Assembly: GCF_036971445.1 (NCBI RefSeq)
Contig: NC_091478.1
Coordinates: 102,982,001-103,046,000, forward strand
Source: Narcine bancroftii
Taxonomy: Eukaryota
DNA length: 64,000 nucleotides
Direction: 5' to 3'
This document shows positions 47,007 to 59,079 of the stretch, in pieces. The notes under the pieces were generated by a model that saw only the letters and a program-made list of their open reading frames with translations, did not search any database and was not told the DNA's origin. Numbering within the stretch: position 1 is the first letter of the stretch; every line of letters begins with the position of its first letter. The translations under genes and the position numbers were made by a program.

Positions 47007-48841
47007 NNNNNNNNNNNNNNNNNNNNNNNNNNNNNNNNNNNNNNNNNNNNNNNNNNNNNNNNNNNNNNNNNNNNNNNNNNNNNNNNNNNNNNNNNNNNNN
47101 NNNNNNNNNNNNNNNNNNNNNNNNNNNNNNNNNNNNNNNNNNNNNNNNNNNNNNNNNNNNNNNNNNNNNNNNNNNNNNNNNNNNNNNNNNNNNNNNNNNN
47201 NNNNNNNNNNNNNNNNNNNNNNNNNNNNNNNNNNNNNNNNNNNNNNNNNNNNNNNNNNNNNNNNNNNNNNNNNNNNNNNNNNNNNNNNNNNNNNNNNNNN
47301 NNNNNNNNNNNNNNNNNNNNNNNNNNNNNNNNNNNNNNNNNNNNNNNNNNNNNNNNNNNNNNNNNNNNNNNNNNNNNNNNNNNNNNNNNNNNNNNNNNNN
47401 NNNNNNNNNNNNNNNNNNNNNNNNNNNNNNNNNNNNNNNNNNNNNNNNNNNNNNNNNNNNNNNNNNNNNNNNNNNNNNNNNNNNNNNNNNNNNNNNNNNN
47501 NNNNNNNNNNNNNNNNNNNNNNNNNNNNNNNNNNNNNNNNNNNNNNNNNNNNNNNNNNNNNNNNNNNNNNNNNNNNNNNNNNNNNNNNNNNNNNNNNNNN
47601 NNNNNNNNNNNNNNNNNNNNNNNNNNNNNNNNNNNNNNNNNNNNNNNNNNNNNNNNNNNNNNNNNNNNNNNNNNNNNNNNNNNNNNNNNNNNNNNNNNNN
47701 NNNNNNNNNNNNNNNNNNNNNNNNNNNNNNNNNNNNNNNNNNNNNNNNNNNNNNNNNNNNNNNNNNNNNNNNNNNNNCCCTTCTCCCTGCCCTTCCCCCT
47801 CCCTTCCACACTCCCTTCCTCTCCCCTCTCCCCCTCCCCTCCCCCCCCACCCCTCCCTCCCCCCCACCCCTCCCTCCCCCCCACCCCCTCCCCTCTCCCT
47901 TCCCCCCGTCCCCCTTNNNNNNNNNNNNNNNNNNNNNNNNNNNNNNNNNNNNNNNNNNNNNNNNNNNNNNNNNNNNNNNNNNNNNNNNNNNNNNNNNNNN
48001 NNNNNNNNNNNNNNNNNNNNNNNNNNNNNNNNNNNNNNNNNNNNNNNNNNNNNNNNNNNNNNNNNNNNNNNNNNNNNNNNNNNNNNNNNNNNNNNNNNNN
48101 NNNNNNNNNNNNNNNNNNNNNNNNNNNNNNNNNNNNNNNNNNNNNNNNNNNNNNNNNNNNNNNNNNNNNNNNNNNNNNNNNNNNNNNNNNNNNNNNNNNN
48201 NNNNNNNNNNNNNNNNNNNNNNNNNNNNNNNNNNNNNNNNNNNNNNNNNNNNNNNNNNNNNNNNNNNNNNNNNNNNNNNNNNNNNNNNNNNNNNNNNNNN
48301 NNNNNNNNNNNNNNNNNNNNNNNNNNNNNNNNNNNNNNNNNNNNNNNNNNNNNNNNNNNNNNNNNNNNNNNNNNNNNNNNNNNNNNNNNNNNNNNNNNNN
48401 NNNNNNNNNNNNNNNNNNNNNNNNNNNNNNNNNNNNNNNNNNNNNNNNNNNNNNNNNNNNNNNNNNNCCCCCCCACCCCCTCCCCCTCCCTTCCCCCTCC
48501 CCCTCCCTTCCCCCCTCCCCACTCCCTTCCCCTCTCCCCACTCCCTTCCCCCTCCCCACTCCCTTCCCCCTCCCCACTCCCTTCCCCCTCCCCACTCCCT
48601 TCCCCCTCCCTTCCCCCTCCCCACTCCCTTCCCCCTCCCCACTCCCTTCCCCCTCCCCACTCCCTTCCCCCTCCCCACTCCCTNNNNNNNNNNNNNNNNN
48701 NNNNNNNNNNNNNNNNNNNNNNNNNNNNNNNNNNNNNNNNNNNNNNNNNNNNNNNNNNNNNNNNNNNNNNNNNNNNNNNNNNNNNNNNNNNNNNNNNNNN
48801 NNNNNNNNNNNNNNNNNNNNNNNNNNNNNNNNNNNNNNNNN
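47007..48841. other. Assembly gaps (N runs 47007-47777, 47917-48467, 48684-48841) with C-rich low-complexity islands
   Basis: Read directly; the islands contain (CTCCCTTCCCCCTCCCCA)n-type repeats. Confidence 0.98.
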
Positions 48842-48877
48842 CCATTCATCAATCTCACAGCAGGTGGGAAGAAAATA

Positions 48878-49235
48878 CAGTACAACTCCAAATGGTCAGG
48901 ACTGGACCCATTTCAGATAAACTTTTTAAAAAATAAAACAGCCCATTAGCACCAGCAAATCACTTGTAATAGCATTTATACAACAACAAACAATCAGCCA
49001 AGGCTTTTTAAGCATTAAAAAAAAGTTTAATTCTCACCAAAAAAATACTGGCTACTGCCGATCACTGACACTTTCCCATCGAGGCACAACTTGTGCCAAG
49101 AGGCCGAGGATCCCTCTCCTGCTTGGGAGCCCGAGGTCCATTGCCACCTGACATCCCCTTTCAGTTCTGTTCCAAAAAAATTTTGGATAAATTATTATTT
49201 CAGATATCCGATTTCAGATAATCGGAGTTGTACTG
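48878..49235. mobile_element. Tigger-like MITE
   Basis: TA-cagtacaactcc ... ggagttgtactg terminal inverted repeats. Confidence 0.65.
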
Positions 49236-50197
49236 TGTTTTCCAGACTGGTAGTCCTGATTTTTAATGTGCTTCCTTCATGGTAGTGGGTGAAAGATACT
49301 GAGTGATGGATGGCAGGGACTCTCTAATTCTTTGAACCCTGTTTTAGCAACACTCCTGATGAATGTTGTCAATAGAGGAAAGGAAGAAACTAGTGATCAT
49401 CTCGGCTGATTTAATGATCCTCTGATATCTGGTCTGATGCTTTGCAGCTACCATACTATGCAATGATGCTATTAATTGTGGAGGGCACTCTTAATTGTGT
49501 TTTTCTACCCAGTACTGGTTTGTAACTTAGATCTTTTCTGTTGACTTTTGTCTTCGGGAACCTGCTGAGCTATTTGTTTTCCTTTTGAGGGATGGTGATT
49601 TCTAATTGCATTGCATTTCTAATTTAATTGTGCCCCTGGTTATGCAAGGGCATTCTAATCAAGCCATCCCTGCCTCTGGAAGAGAAATCGAGAGTCTATT
49701 CACCAGCACTAATTATGGTGGACTTCAGGGTAATTGAGTGATCAAGCAGCGAAATAAAAATAGAAAATGCTGGAAACACTCAGCAGGTCAGGCAGCATCT
49801 GTGGAAAGAGAAGCTGAGTTAATATTTCTGGTAGTAGACACTTAGATGAAAGGTCTTTGACCCTGAAATATCAAGTCCATTTCTCCTTCAACAGATGCTC
49901 CCTGACTTAGTGAGATTTTCTAGCTTTTCATGTTTTTATTTCATATTTCTGCAGTCATTTTTAATTTCCCACTGTAAGACGCTTTATGGCTTCAAAAGCA
50001 TGGGGATGACAGTGGCTCGTGAAAATTGTTTTTTTGGGATTCTTGAGATCTTAAATGTTGATTTTTCTTGCATTGGGAATATGAGTCAATGGCTTTAGCA
50101 GAATTAGAACAAAAAGTTTAATCAACTTTTAATATGCAGTGAAAGGGGACAGAAAAGAAAATATAAGACATATACTGGAGAGATTAAATTACGTACA

Positions 50198-51115
50198 CTC
50201 TCTTCTCTTTGGCTTGGCTTCGCGGACGAAGATTTATGGAGGGGTAAATGTCCACGTCAGCTGCAGGCTCGTTTGTGGCTGACAAGTCCGATGCGGGACT
50301 GGCAGACACGGTTGCAGGGGAAAATTGGTTGGTTGGGGTTGGGTGTTTCCTCCTTTGTCTTTTGTCAGTGAGGTGGGCTCTGCGGTCTTCTTCAAAGGAG
50401 GTTGCTGCCCGCCGAACTGTGAGGCACCAAGATGCACGGTTGGAGGTGATATCAGCCCACTGGCGGTGGTCAATGTGGCAGGCGCCAAGAGATTTCTTTA
50501 GGCAGTCCTTGTACCTCTTCTTTGGTGTACCTCTGTCACGGTGGCCAGTGGAGAGCTCGCCATATAACACGATCTTGGGAAGGCGATAGCCCTCCATTCT
50601 GGAGACGTGACCTACCCAGCGCAGTTGGATCTTCGGCAGCGTGGATTCGATGCTGTCGGCCTCTGCCATCTCGAGTACTTCGATGTTAGGGATGAAGTAA
50701 CTCCAATGAATGTTGAGGATGGAGCGGAGACAACGCTGGTGGAAGCGTTCTAGGAGCCGTAGGTGATGCCAGTAGAGGACCCATGATTCGGAGCCGAACA
50801 GGAGTGTGGGTATGACAACGGCTCTGTATACGCTAATCTTTGTGAGGTTTTTCAGTTGGTTGTTTTTCCAGACTCTTTTGTGTAGTCTTCCAAAGGTGCT
50901 ATTTGCCTTGGCGAGTCTGTTGTCTATCTCGTTGTCGATCCTTGCATCCGATGAAATGGTGCAGCCGAGATAGGTAAACTGGTTGACCGTTTTGAGTTTT
51001 GTGTGCCTGATGGAGATGTGGGGGGGCTGGTAGTCATGGTGGGGAGCTGGCTGATGGAGGACCTCAGTTTTCTTCAGGCTGACTTCCAGGCCAAACATTT
51101 TGGCAGTTTCCGCAA
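50198..51115 (-). mobile_element. RTE-clade LINE, 5'-truncated, long open ORF2 C-terminus
   Basis: FGLEVSLKKTEVLHQP...FTYLG...RLAKANSTFGRLHKRVW...LRWVGHVSRM...RGTPKKRYKDCLK; short tandem-repeat 3' tail. Confidence 0.92.
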
Positions 51116-51679
51116 AAAAGCAAAAGGAGGATAGTGTTTGGGCAGGTAAAGAAATGAGATGGGTCTTAAGGCGATGTATATGAAAATAGTAAAATCATTA
51201 TCTGAAATTTTGAGTTAAGAATGCTGCAATATGTTTAAAAGATGTTCCTTTTGATATAATTGTATTTCTTTGCAACAGTGCAGGAGCCAAGGACTACTTT
51301 GGGATTGGGTCATGTTCATTGTGAGTAGATATTCTTCACACCAGTCACTTGGTTCTTCCAACTCTAGAGGAAAGTCCACTGTTAGCAGCCAATCCATTAT
51401 AATAAATTGAAATTGCTGTTAATCCATAATGAATGTTTGAGAGCTTGGTGACTTTTTGTGATTTAATTGTCCTGCCTTTTACTACATACCTTACCCATTT
51501 CTTCTTCCCTCCTCCACCACCCTCTTTTATCTGTATCTTTTAATCTTATTCCTTCCGGGTGAAAGATCATTTCTTTGTTCGCATACTACCTGGTCAGTAT
51601 TTGCAATTTTATTTTGATTTCTATTCCTTGTATTTCACTTGAAGTTCTATTATTTATTTGCATTTGTGTATAATTATAG

Positions 51680-51808
51680 GATTGCAGTGTTAATCCAACT
51701 GTGAGGAAAGATTTGAAATCCTCTGTTCAGAAATTATACTGCTGTCCCATTGAAGGTTGTCCAAGAGGACCGAACAGACCATTTTCTCAATTTGCCCTTG
51801 TTAAACAG
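51680..51808 (+). CDS. ATMIN: ATMIN exon 2
   Basis: tag|DCSVNPTVRKDLKSSVQKLYCCPIEGCPRGPNRPFSQFALVKQ|gtgagg; 129 nt. Confidence 0.96.
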
Positions 51809-51879
51809 GTGAGGAGAGCAATACCACAATTCTATTTTTAGATGTAATTTGTGTATGTTGCCAAAGGAATCAACAGAAA

Positions 51880-52450
51880 TTTGCATGCATGTGGTCTATC
51901 CTAATTTGTTGCCTTTGCTGTATCCAATGTGGCTTCGTCTGCACTGGTGAGCTAAACACAGATTGGGTGACTGCTTGGCTGAACACCTATGCACTTTTGT
52001 GAGTCTAAACCGGAGCTTCCCGTAGCCAACCCCAACTTCTCCAACATGTCAATGACATGTCTGTCCTTAGCCTCATCCAATGTCAGAATGAGGTCAAACT
52101 AAACTTGAAGAACAAGACATCATATTCTTTATGGACAGCTTTAAACCTAACAGCATGAGCAGTGAATTTTCAAGTTTTAAGTATTCCCCCACCCCATCTG
52201 ATTTCATTGTGTCCATTTCTTACCCTTTTCCTTCCTCGTGGTTTCCTCCTTGACCTCTCCCATCTGCTGTCCTATTGCCTCTGGACTCCTCCCCCAGCTT
52301 CTTTCTCCCTTTATACATATAATATTTATTACCTGTTTTATCTTAGTTGATAAAGGGTTTGGACTTGATGTTGAAAGACCATTTCTCGCTATAGATGCTG
52401 TTTGATGAAGGTTCTTTATCCATTCAAAATTCCAAGACTGCAGCTTTCAT
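51880..52450 (+). mobile_element. Penelope-like element 3' remnant (GIY-YIG endonuclease end plus pseudo-LTR)
   Basis: Decayed RLGDCLAEHL...PELPVAN...DMSVLSLIQCQNE...LEEQDIIF...PNSMSSEFSSF, then a pyrimidine-rich tract and the pLTR-like motif. Confidence 0.7.
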
Positions 52451-53347
52451 GTTTCTCTGTTTCAGTTTTTTTAATTGTTTCTATTGGTTGAATGGAATTT
52501 TTAAATATATGAACTTGAAAGTTCTTATCACGATTATAGATGTCCCGGAAAAAGCTAAATTTAGGCCAGATTTTTCTTTATAAAAGCATTTAAGCTTCAT
52601 CTGCATTTTAATGATTTTTATGGAGTCAGGAAGAGGGGAAATGAAAGGTGAAAGCAGATACCTTGCATGGGTGTGAATAGGAAAATTTCTTGAACCCTTG
52701 TTCTGGGATAAGATGGGCATCTGCAGACTTGGAATCACCACTCATGCTCGTTTCTGAAGAGAACCTGATGTTTGTTCAGTGTTTTCTATAATGTAGTTTG
52801 TAATTCTGTGCATAGTAATTTTAACATCTTCATAAGAAAGCCAATGGAATTTGGAACTGAGAGCCACACAAGATGATAATAATTAATGACCAAAGCGGTG
52901 GTTGATGGTTGTATAAATGCCTTAATGAAAGAGATAAGTGGGGAAATGAGGTGTTCCCAGCTTAGTCAACTGATACCATAATCGTGTATTAAAGTAATAG
53001 ATACAAAGACACCAATCTCATGGTCCTCCAAGGATTATAAAACGAGTTTATAAAGGTGTACACTGAGATAGACAGGGTTGAGACCATGGAACGTTATGAA
53101 CATAAAGGTGAGAATTTTAACATTACAGCATTGTTGTATCAGAATAAAAATGGAGAGCTCAAGGATGATTTGGTCATAAGGACTTGGTGAAGGTGAAGTT
53201 ACAGCCAGCAGAGTAGGCAGTGGAAGATGAAGAGCTTACAAGGAGACTGAGAATGGTGAAGACCAGAGACAAGAGTGAAGGCTTGTTTGGTGAAGGCTGT
53301 TTAAATGTTGTAGCTTAACTCCTGTTTGCCATTTTCTTGCTCTCCAG

Positions 53348-53547
53348 CACTTTATGAAAATTCATGCTGAAAAGAAGCACAAGTGTGATAAATGTAGTCA
53401 TTCGTATGGTACAGAATGGGACTTAAAGCGGCATGCTGAGGACTGTGGGCGGATTTTCAAGTGCACTTGCGGCTGTCCTTATGCCAGCAGACCAGCACTG
53501 TTGTCTCATGCTTACAGAACTGGACATGAAATCCCTGCAGAACATCG
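53348..53547 (+). CDS. ATMIN: ATMIN exon 3 (zinc fingers 3-4)
   Basis: cag|HFMKIHAEKKHKCDKCSHSYGTEWDLKRHAEDCGRIFKCTCGCPYASRPALLSHAYRTGHEIPAEH(R)|gtaagc; 200 nt. Confidence 0.97.
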
Positions 53548-56500
53548 GTAAGCGAATGGTATTTTGGACAATCCCAGACAGATGAAAATGTTCGCACATC
53601 TTTCTTTGTATTACTTTTGGTGTAGCAAGTCATATGCCCTATTGTATCATGCATTTAAATTTGTCAAATATTTTATTGGATTTTTTAAAAATTACCATGG
53701 AGATCTAATGACAATATTCCTTGCTGATAAACAACAGACAAGGTTCTGTAACTTGTATTGGCTGAAAGGAGTTTTATTGATGGGTCAGTGCTGACTCTCT
53801 CATTCCAACACTGACACCATGTGGCCCAACTAAATACAGTATTCCAAAGTTGATGGTGATGCTGTGCCTTTGAAGGCATAATGTACATTATCATAATTTC
53901 AACTTTCCACAAAATATTTCATGGTAAAAATGTAAAGAAAGATTAAACATTTAACTTTCTAAAAAAAAATTAACACAAAATTAGTGCTGAACAATGTCTA
54001 TGACCTAGAAATGAATTGTCCTGATGTGAAGTGCCATTCCCTCCTTTTACCAGGTTTTTTCTTCATCTCATGGGCATGGTTGAATTTTTATGTTGCTTTT
54101 TTTTTTAAGCTAGCAGTTAGAACATTTCTCGGACTGCTGCTTCAATCTCTCCAGCTCTGAGAATTTGTGCTGAAGAGAAGCTCCATCCACAAGATAAAAT
54201 CTCTCTTTAGGAGGTGCCAGATTAGAAATCACACTTGCCTGTGAGAGAAATCTATGCCACATTATTTTCAGTGTGTAATTAGATTGCTTTCTGAAAGACG
54301 ACAAAGATTCAGTAGGTCTGATGCTCCTGGATGTGCTGACTCTTGGTACATATGTGCAGGTCAATCAATGTTTTCAGCATACTATTTGTCATAAATTACT
54401 TGGGGTGGGAAAAAAAACATTGGTGTTGTCTCCTCCAATCTCAAATGGCTGCTTATGCCATTTTCCTTGAACATTTTGACCAAAAAAAGACCATAAAGTG
54501 TCTACACGAGGAGGAACAAGAACATTGATTAAGGGAGAAATTTCTTTTGGAACTTGCATCAGGTATATGTTGCTTTGGAATTCATGTCCTCGTACACAGA
54601 AACAAGAAACTGCTTTGACAAGAAAGTTCTGCTCAGCCATAAATCAAGATTCCTTCTGGGCATAAAGTGACATTCCCATCCACCTACACAAATCTACAGA
54701 CTTAAATCTGGACACTAACAAGGTGCCACCACTCATATACACAATGATGGCCAATAGTGAAACCAATGAGAAACACATCTGGATTTTAAAAAAATCAAAA
54801 TCTGTTTCCCTCTTTCCTTTCTTACCCCAACTTTCAGTCTCACTTCTCATGTACTTCCCTATTCCCTACTAAACCTGGAGTGCCTTGGTCACCACTTGGA
54901 CATCAATCATTTTGAATCATTTGGGTCTAAGGAAGTTTGAGGAAATGCAGGTGAGCTTTAATTCAAATTGTCATGGAACTTGTGGGCTCCATTTAGCTCA
55001 AGCCATACATGCAGATATTTCTGGATTGCAAGATCAGTGTCCAGCCATAGTTAAGGGCTTCCGTTTGGTGCTCTTGATTAAGAAATTCCTTTATTAAAAT
55101 ACATTTTATGGTTTTGAGAATAGTTCATTAAAAAATTATTTCCTGAAGGGATTTTTTGATTGCATATTTTACAAACGTGTTAATTATACAATTCCTCTAC
55201 CTCGAGTCTAGATAATCTGTTAATGCAGATAAGATTTGTTATTTAACAATGAGATGAAAGTTCTTTACTCTTACAATTCAATTTTTCTGCTTAGTTGTTG
55301 AAAACCTTTAAGGCTATGTTTGGAATTTTGGATAGTAATCTAATAAATTGGATTTGGAGATTTTGGATAGGTTGGGATTGTCAACAGAAAGAGATTTAGC
55401 TGCTATTTAATGACAGAGTACCCTTGAGATCTTGGGTAGCTTGCTGCTATTCCTTGTGTTCTTTAAACAGAGCTGTGTTGAGTTGGCAGCAGGCTGCAAA
55501 GCAGCAGATTTCAAGACTGCCTCCATGCAGAAGTTGATTTGTGTGGAAGCCCGATTAATCACTTTGGACATCTCAAAGAGCTATATATTTTAGTTAGACT
55601 GGGAGTCACTTCAGAAAGAACCAAACAAATTCAGATCATTTTTATGTTCCTTTCCCATCATTGATCTGAAATTGGAGTGCAGATTGTGTCACGAAGAAGC
55701 AGTTCTGGCAATTTGATGCCAGAGATTGAATGGTTCCACTTGAACACCAATGGGGAAGAAAAGATTGTTTTCATCACTGGGGGTTTAATTATTCTGCAGA
55801 GGCACATGGAAGAAGTCAATGGCCATCAGTTCCACAGCAGTAAACAGGTCAGCCAATTCCTGAAAACTTTCACGACGCTTGTGAGGAACAGACAAGAGGT
55901 TAGATGCTTGACTTCCAAATCCACCGTTAAGCTCCGCATGGTCTCTGCACAAATAGTAGCTAATCCTCTTCCTTCACAATCTTGCCTGAACCCAAGATTC
56001 CTTGAATTCCTTATTATCCAATTGATTACAGTCTTTAATTTACTCAACAACAGCATTCAAAAGACCTTGACCCTTTTCCTGTAAATTCTGCAAAACACTA
56101 TCTATTAAAAAAAAAAGGAAACACTGAAGCTGAAATTTCTCAAAAGTCCAGGTAAGGAACTTGGTCACAATTCATCCATACTTGGCCCCTCCAGCTTTAC
56201 TTCAGCTGGTATTCATTGCATGGTCCCATATATTTGAAGAGCTGTTGCCCTAGATCAAAAAGTATTTTATTTAATTATTATAATGTTCATATTTTAATTT
56301 AATTGCCTCATTTAAATATGTTTATCGCTGAATTCTTTTACTTTTTAGCTATCCTTTCAAACATTTTCGAAATGTTTCTGATCATTGGGCTGTTAAAAGA
56401 ACCATTGTGGTAGACGAGGGGGAGGTTGCTTTAGGAGGCAATGCCTTGCGTGTAATTCCTGTCTGTGACACCTACCTGAAGGGTAGTATTGGTAACACCA

Positions 56501-56628
56501 GAAAATCATTTTGTTGGGTGGGGCAACAAATGTACAATGTGATCACAGGATTGCCAGAGGTTGAGTGCAAAGCACTAGCTCAATTTAGCCTAAAAATGCA
56601 AATTGATTCACCATTATAGTACCTATTA

Positions 56629-57572
56629 CAATAAAATCCCCATTATCCGGTACCAACAAGGACCACGGATGCCAGAAATGCGAATTTTCCAGTTGTTTGT
56701 GACTCACTATTGCAATGTCTAACTAATACATCTCCCTTAAGAATATACTTTTTTGAAAGACAAAAGACAGTGCAAAATGTAAAGTAATTTGAAAAAAAAA
56801 TCAGTATTCTAGTCTTTAATTATGTAAAGTTCATTTTAATCAAGTAATTCCTCCAACATACAAAATTTAAACTCTAACCCCAGATACTGGTGCTGTAACA
56901 GTGTTGTGCTCACCGTGCTGCCATCATAATTAACCTGCCCTCCTCGAGTTTACAGGTAAAGCTTTACTAATATACCTAATACTAATAAAGATATACTCGG
57001 CAACTCTCCCATCAACTGGGTCTTCATCCTTTTATCTTAGTCAGACCCTTGGTACAATCTGACTCTCCTCCAAGCAAATGTCTCAGTCAGACCCTCGACA
57101 CACCTTCCCCGCGCTGATAACCTGACTCGCCTCCACTCAAGTGCATGATAAGACCCTCAGCACACCTTCCTTTAAATACGAACTCCATTTACGAGCGCTG
57201 TAACAGTGCTAACCATGTCACTATCATAATTACCCCCATCCCCCTCCCTCCATGTTTACAGATAGAGCCTTACTAATGTACTTTATAATGGAGTAAAACT
57301 CTAACCAGGCAGGAGTAAGGAGGCGCTTTGGGAGAGTTGCCCCAGTGACAAGTGGCACCAACCAACACCGCTGCCGTTTTATTCAAATGCAACTTTATTA
57401 AAACAGCTGCTTGGTCAGGGCACAATCAGGGCGCTCTGCTGTCTAAATGTTTTCTCTCGAGGAGCTGTGTATTGCTTCAGAGAATATTTATTTTTCTTAT
57501 TTTAATTTTAAAAAATATATTTCCTCTTTTTTTAAGTTTCCTGTTGATTGCCAGATAATGGGGGTTTTACTA
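56629..57572. mobile_element. Tigger-like non-autonomous DNA transposon
   Basis: TA-flanked TIRs caataaaatccccattatccgg / ccagataatgggggttttacta; internal duplication (~56895-56975 vs ~57197-57280). Confidence 0.65.
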
Positions 57573-59079
57573 TACTTTGAATGATGACACAGGGATTTCT
57601 CCTTCTTTGTCACTGCACTTTTGCTCTAGCCAGGCTATGCATCTATTTCTGTTAGATGTTTCCTCCTGGACTTTGTTGCTCTGCCTGGTTCAAGCTCGAG
57701 ATCTCAAGCATCCTTTCCATATGCTCTGTTCTTTAGTTGCAAATCCAGTACAATAGGAAACTGATTAATCATATGATTTATGATGTATCTGAATTAATGT
57801 GGTAAATGTAGGTTTGAACATTCGTTTTTTTCCCTTTTTTAAAAATAAATAACGAATATTACGTTGAGGGTTAGTTCATTTTTCATGGCTTAAAGACAAG
57901 CATAAAAGAAAAATAGTTTTGTATTCTGTCAACTGGTCCTTGTGTTTAATCTGTGAATTCTGTCAATTAAATGAAAGAATTGAAAGGACTATTTTTTGAC
58001 CATTATTGAATTTTGAACAAAAATCCTTGGATTCCATTTTGTGAAGGAATATATTGCAGTCAGAAATGTTTTCATTCTCTTGGGCTTTGCAGTATCATGA
58101 CGGAGTAGCATGGAGAATGAGCATAGATAACAGAATAACAAGCAGGCAATCTGGAGAAACTATCTCCCTTGAAAACATTGTATTTGGTGTGGTAATGGAT
58201 TTTAGTATAAGCTTGCTGTTATATTTGATGCAATTTTTTTTTGACAATTAAAGACAAAATCCCTACTGTCTTCGTCCTCTATACCTTTTCTGAACCCGTC
58301 AATTTTGAGACACAAGGAATATCAGATACTTGTCATGTATGTCAGACTTCAAGATTTCCTTTCTTCACTGCTACCAATTGCTGCCTGTCCCCCTGCAGCT
58401 TTCTCCCCTCATGTTGTCAAATCTGGATTTAGATTTTCCACTTTCATTGAGTTGGTGAAGGCAATAAGTTAACCAAATAACATTGGAATCGCAGGACATT
58501 TGACATTGACAAGTTTCATTCAAGCTGGGATTAAGTCAGTGCCTGTTTATTCCTTGTCAGAATTTTATTTGATTCTTCTGTTAAATTTTGTTTTAAATCT
58601 ACCCATTGACACATATTTCTTCAGTCTTGTGTTCTAATAAATTAATACAGTACTGATCCTAAATATCCTTTTCCTTCTAAAAGATGCTATGCTAGAGGGG
58701 AATGGTTGGCTAGAGATGTAAAGGTAAAGCATTAAGCCAGGAGTAATTTTCTTCCCCAGGATTCTCTGGACATTGTAATTGACCATTGGATACAAATGAT
58801 AACTGTGGTTCTGTCCTGATTGATTCACAGTTAGCAAATTGCTTGGGTGTAAATGTTGCATTTGATCAGGGTTTAAAGAAAATGTTGTTGTTATTTGCTT
58901 TGTTATTTGATTGATGATTCACTGATAAAAGATAGAAATTGTACATTTTCAGGCCAATAAATGATAAATGGATTCCTTGCTAGAAAATGTACCATTACTA
59001 AACATAAAAGATAACTGGTATTTTATGTGATTTTATCACTGAATTCTAATGGACTAAAACTTGTCTATCTACCGTCTAG

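Noticed and set aside
46552-48936. 500-780 aa ORFs
   Set aside because: They read through N gaps; only 46744-46995 (ATMIN exon 1) is supported.
59027-59079. N-terminal part of the 617-aa ORF
   Set aside because: It is intronic; the exon starts after the AG at 59078-59079.
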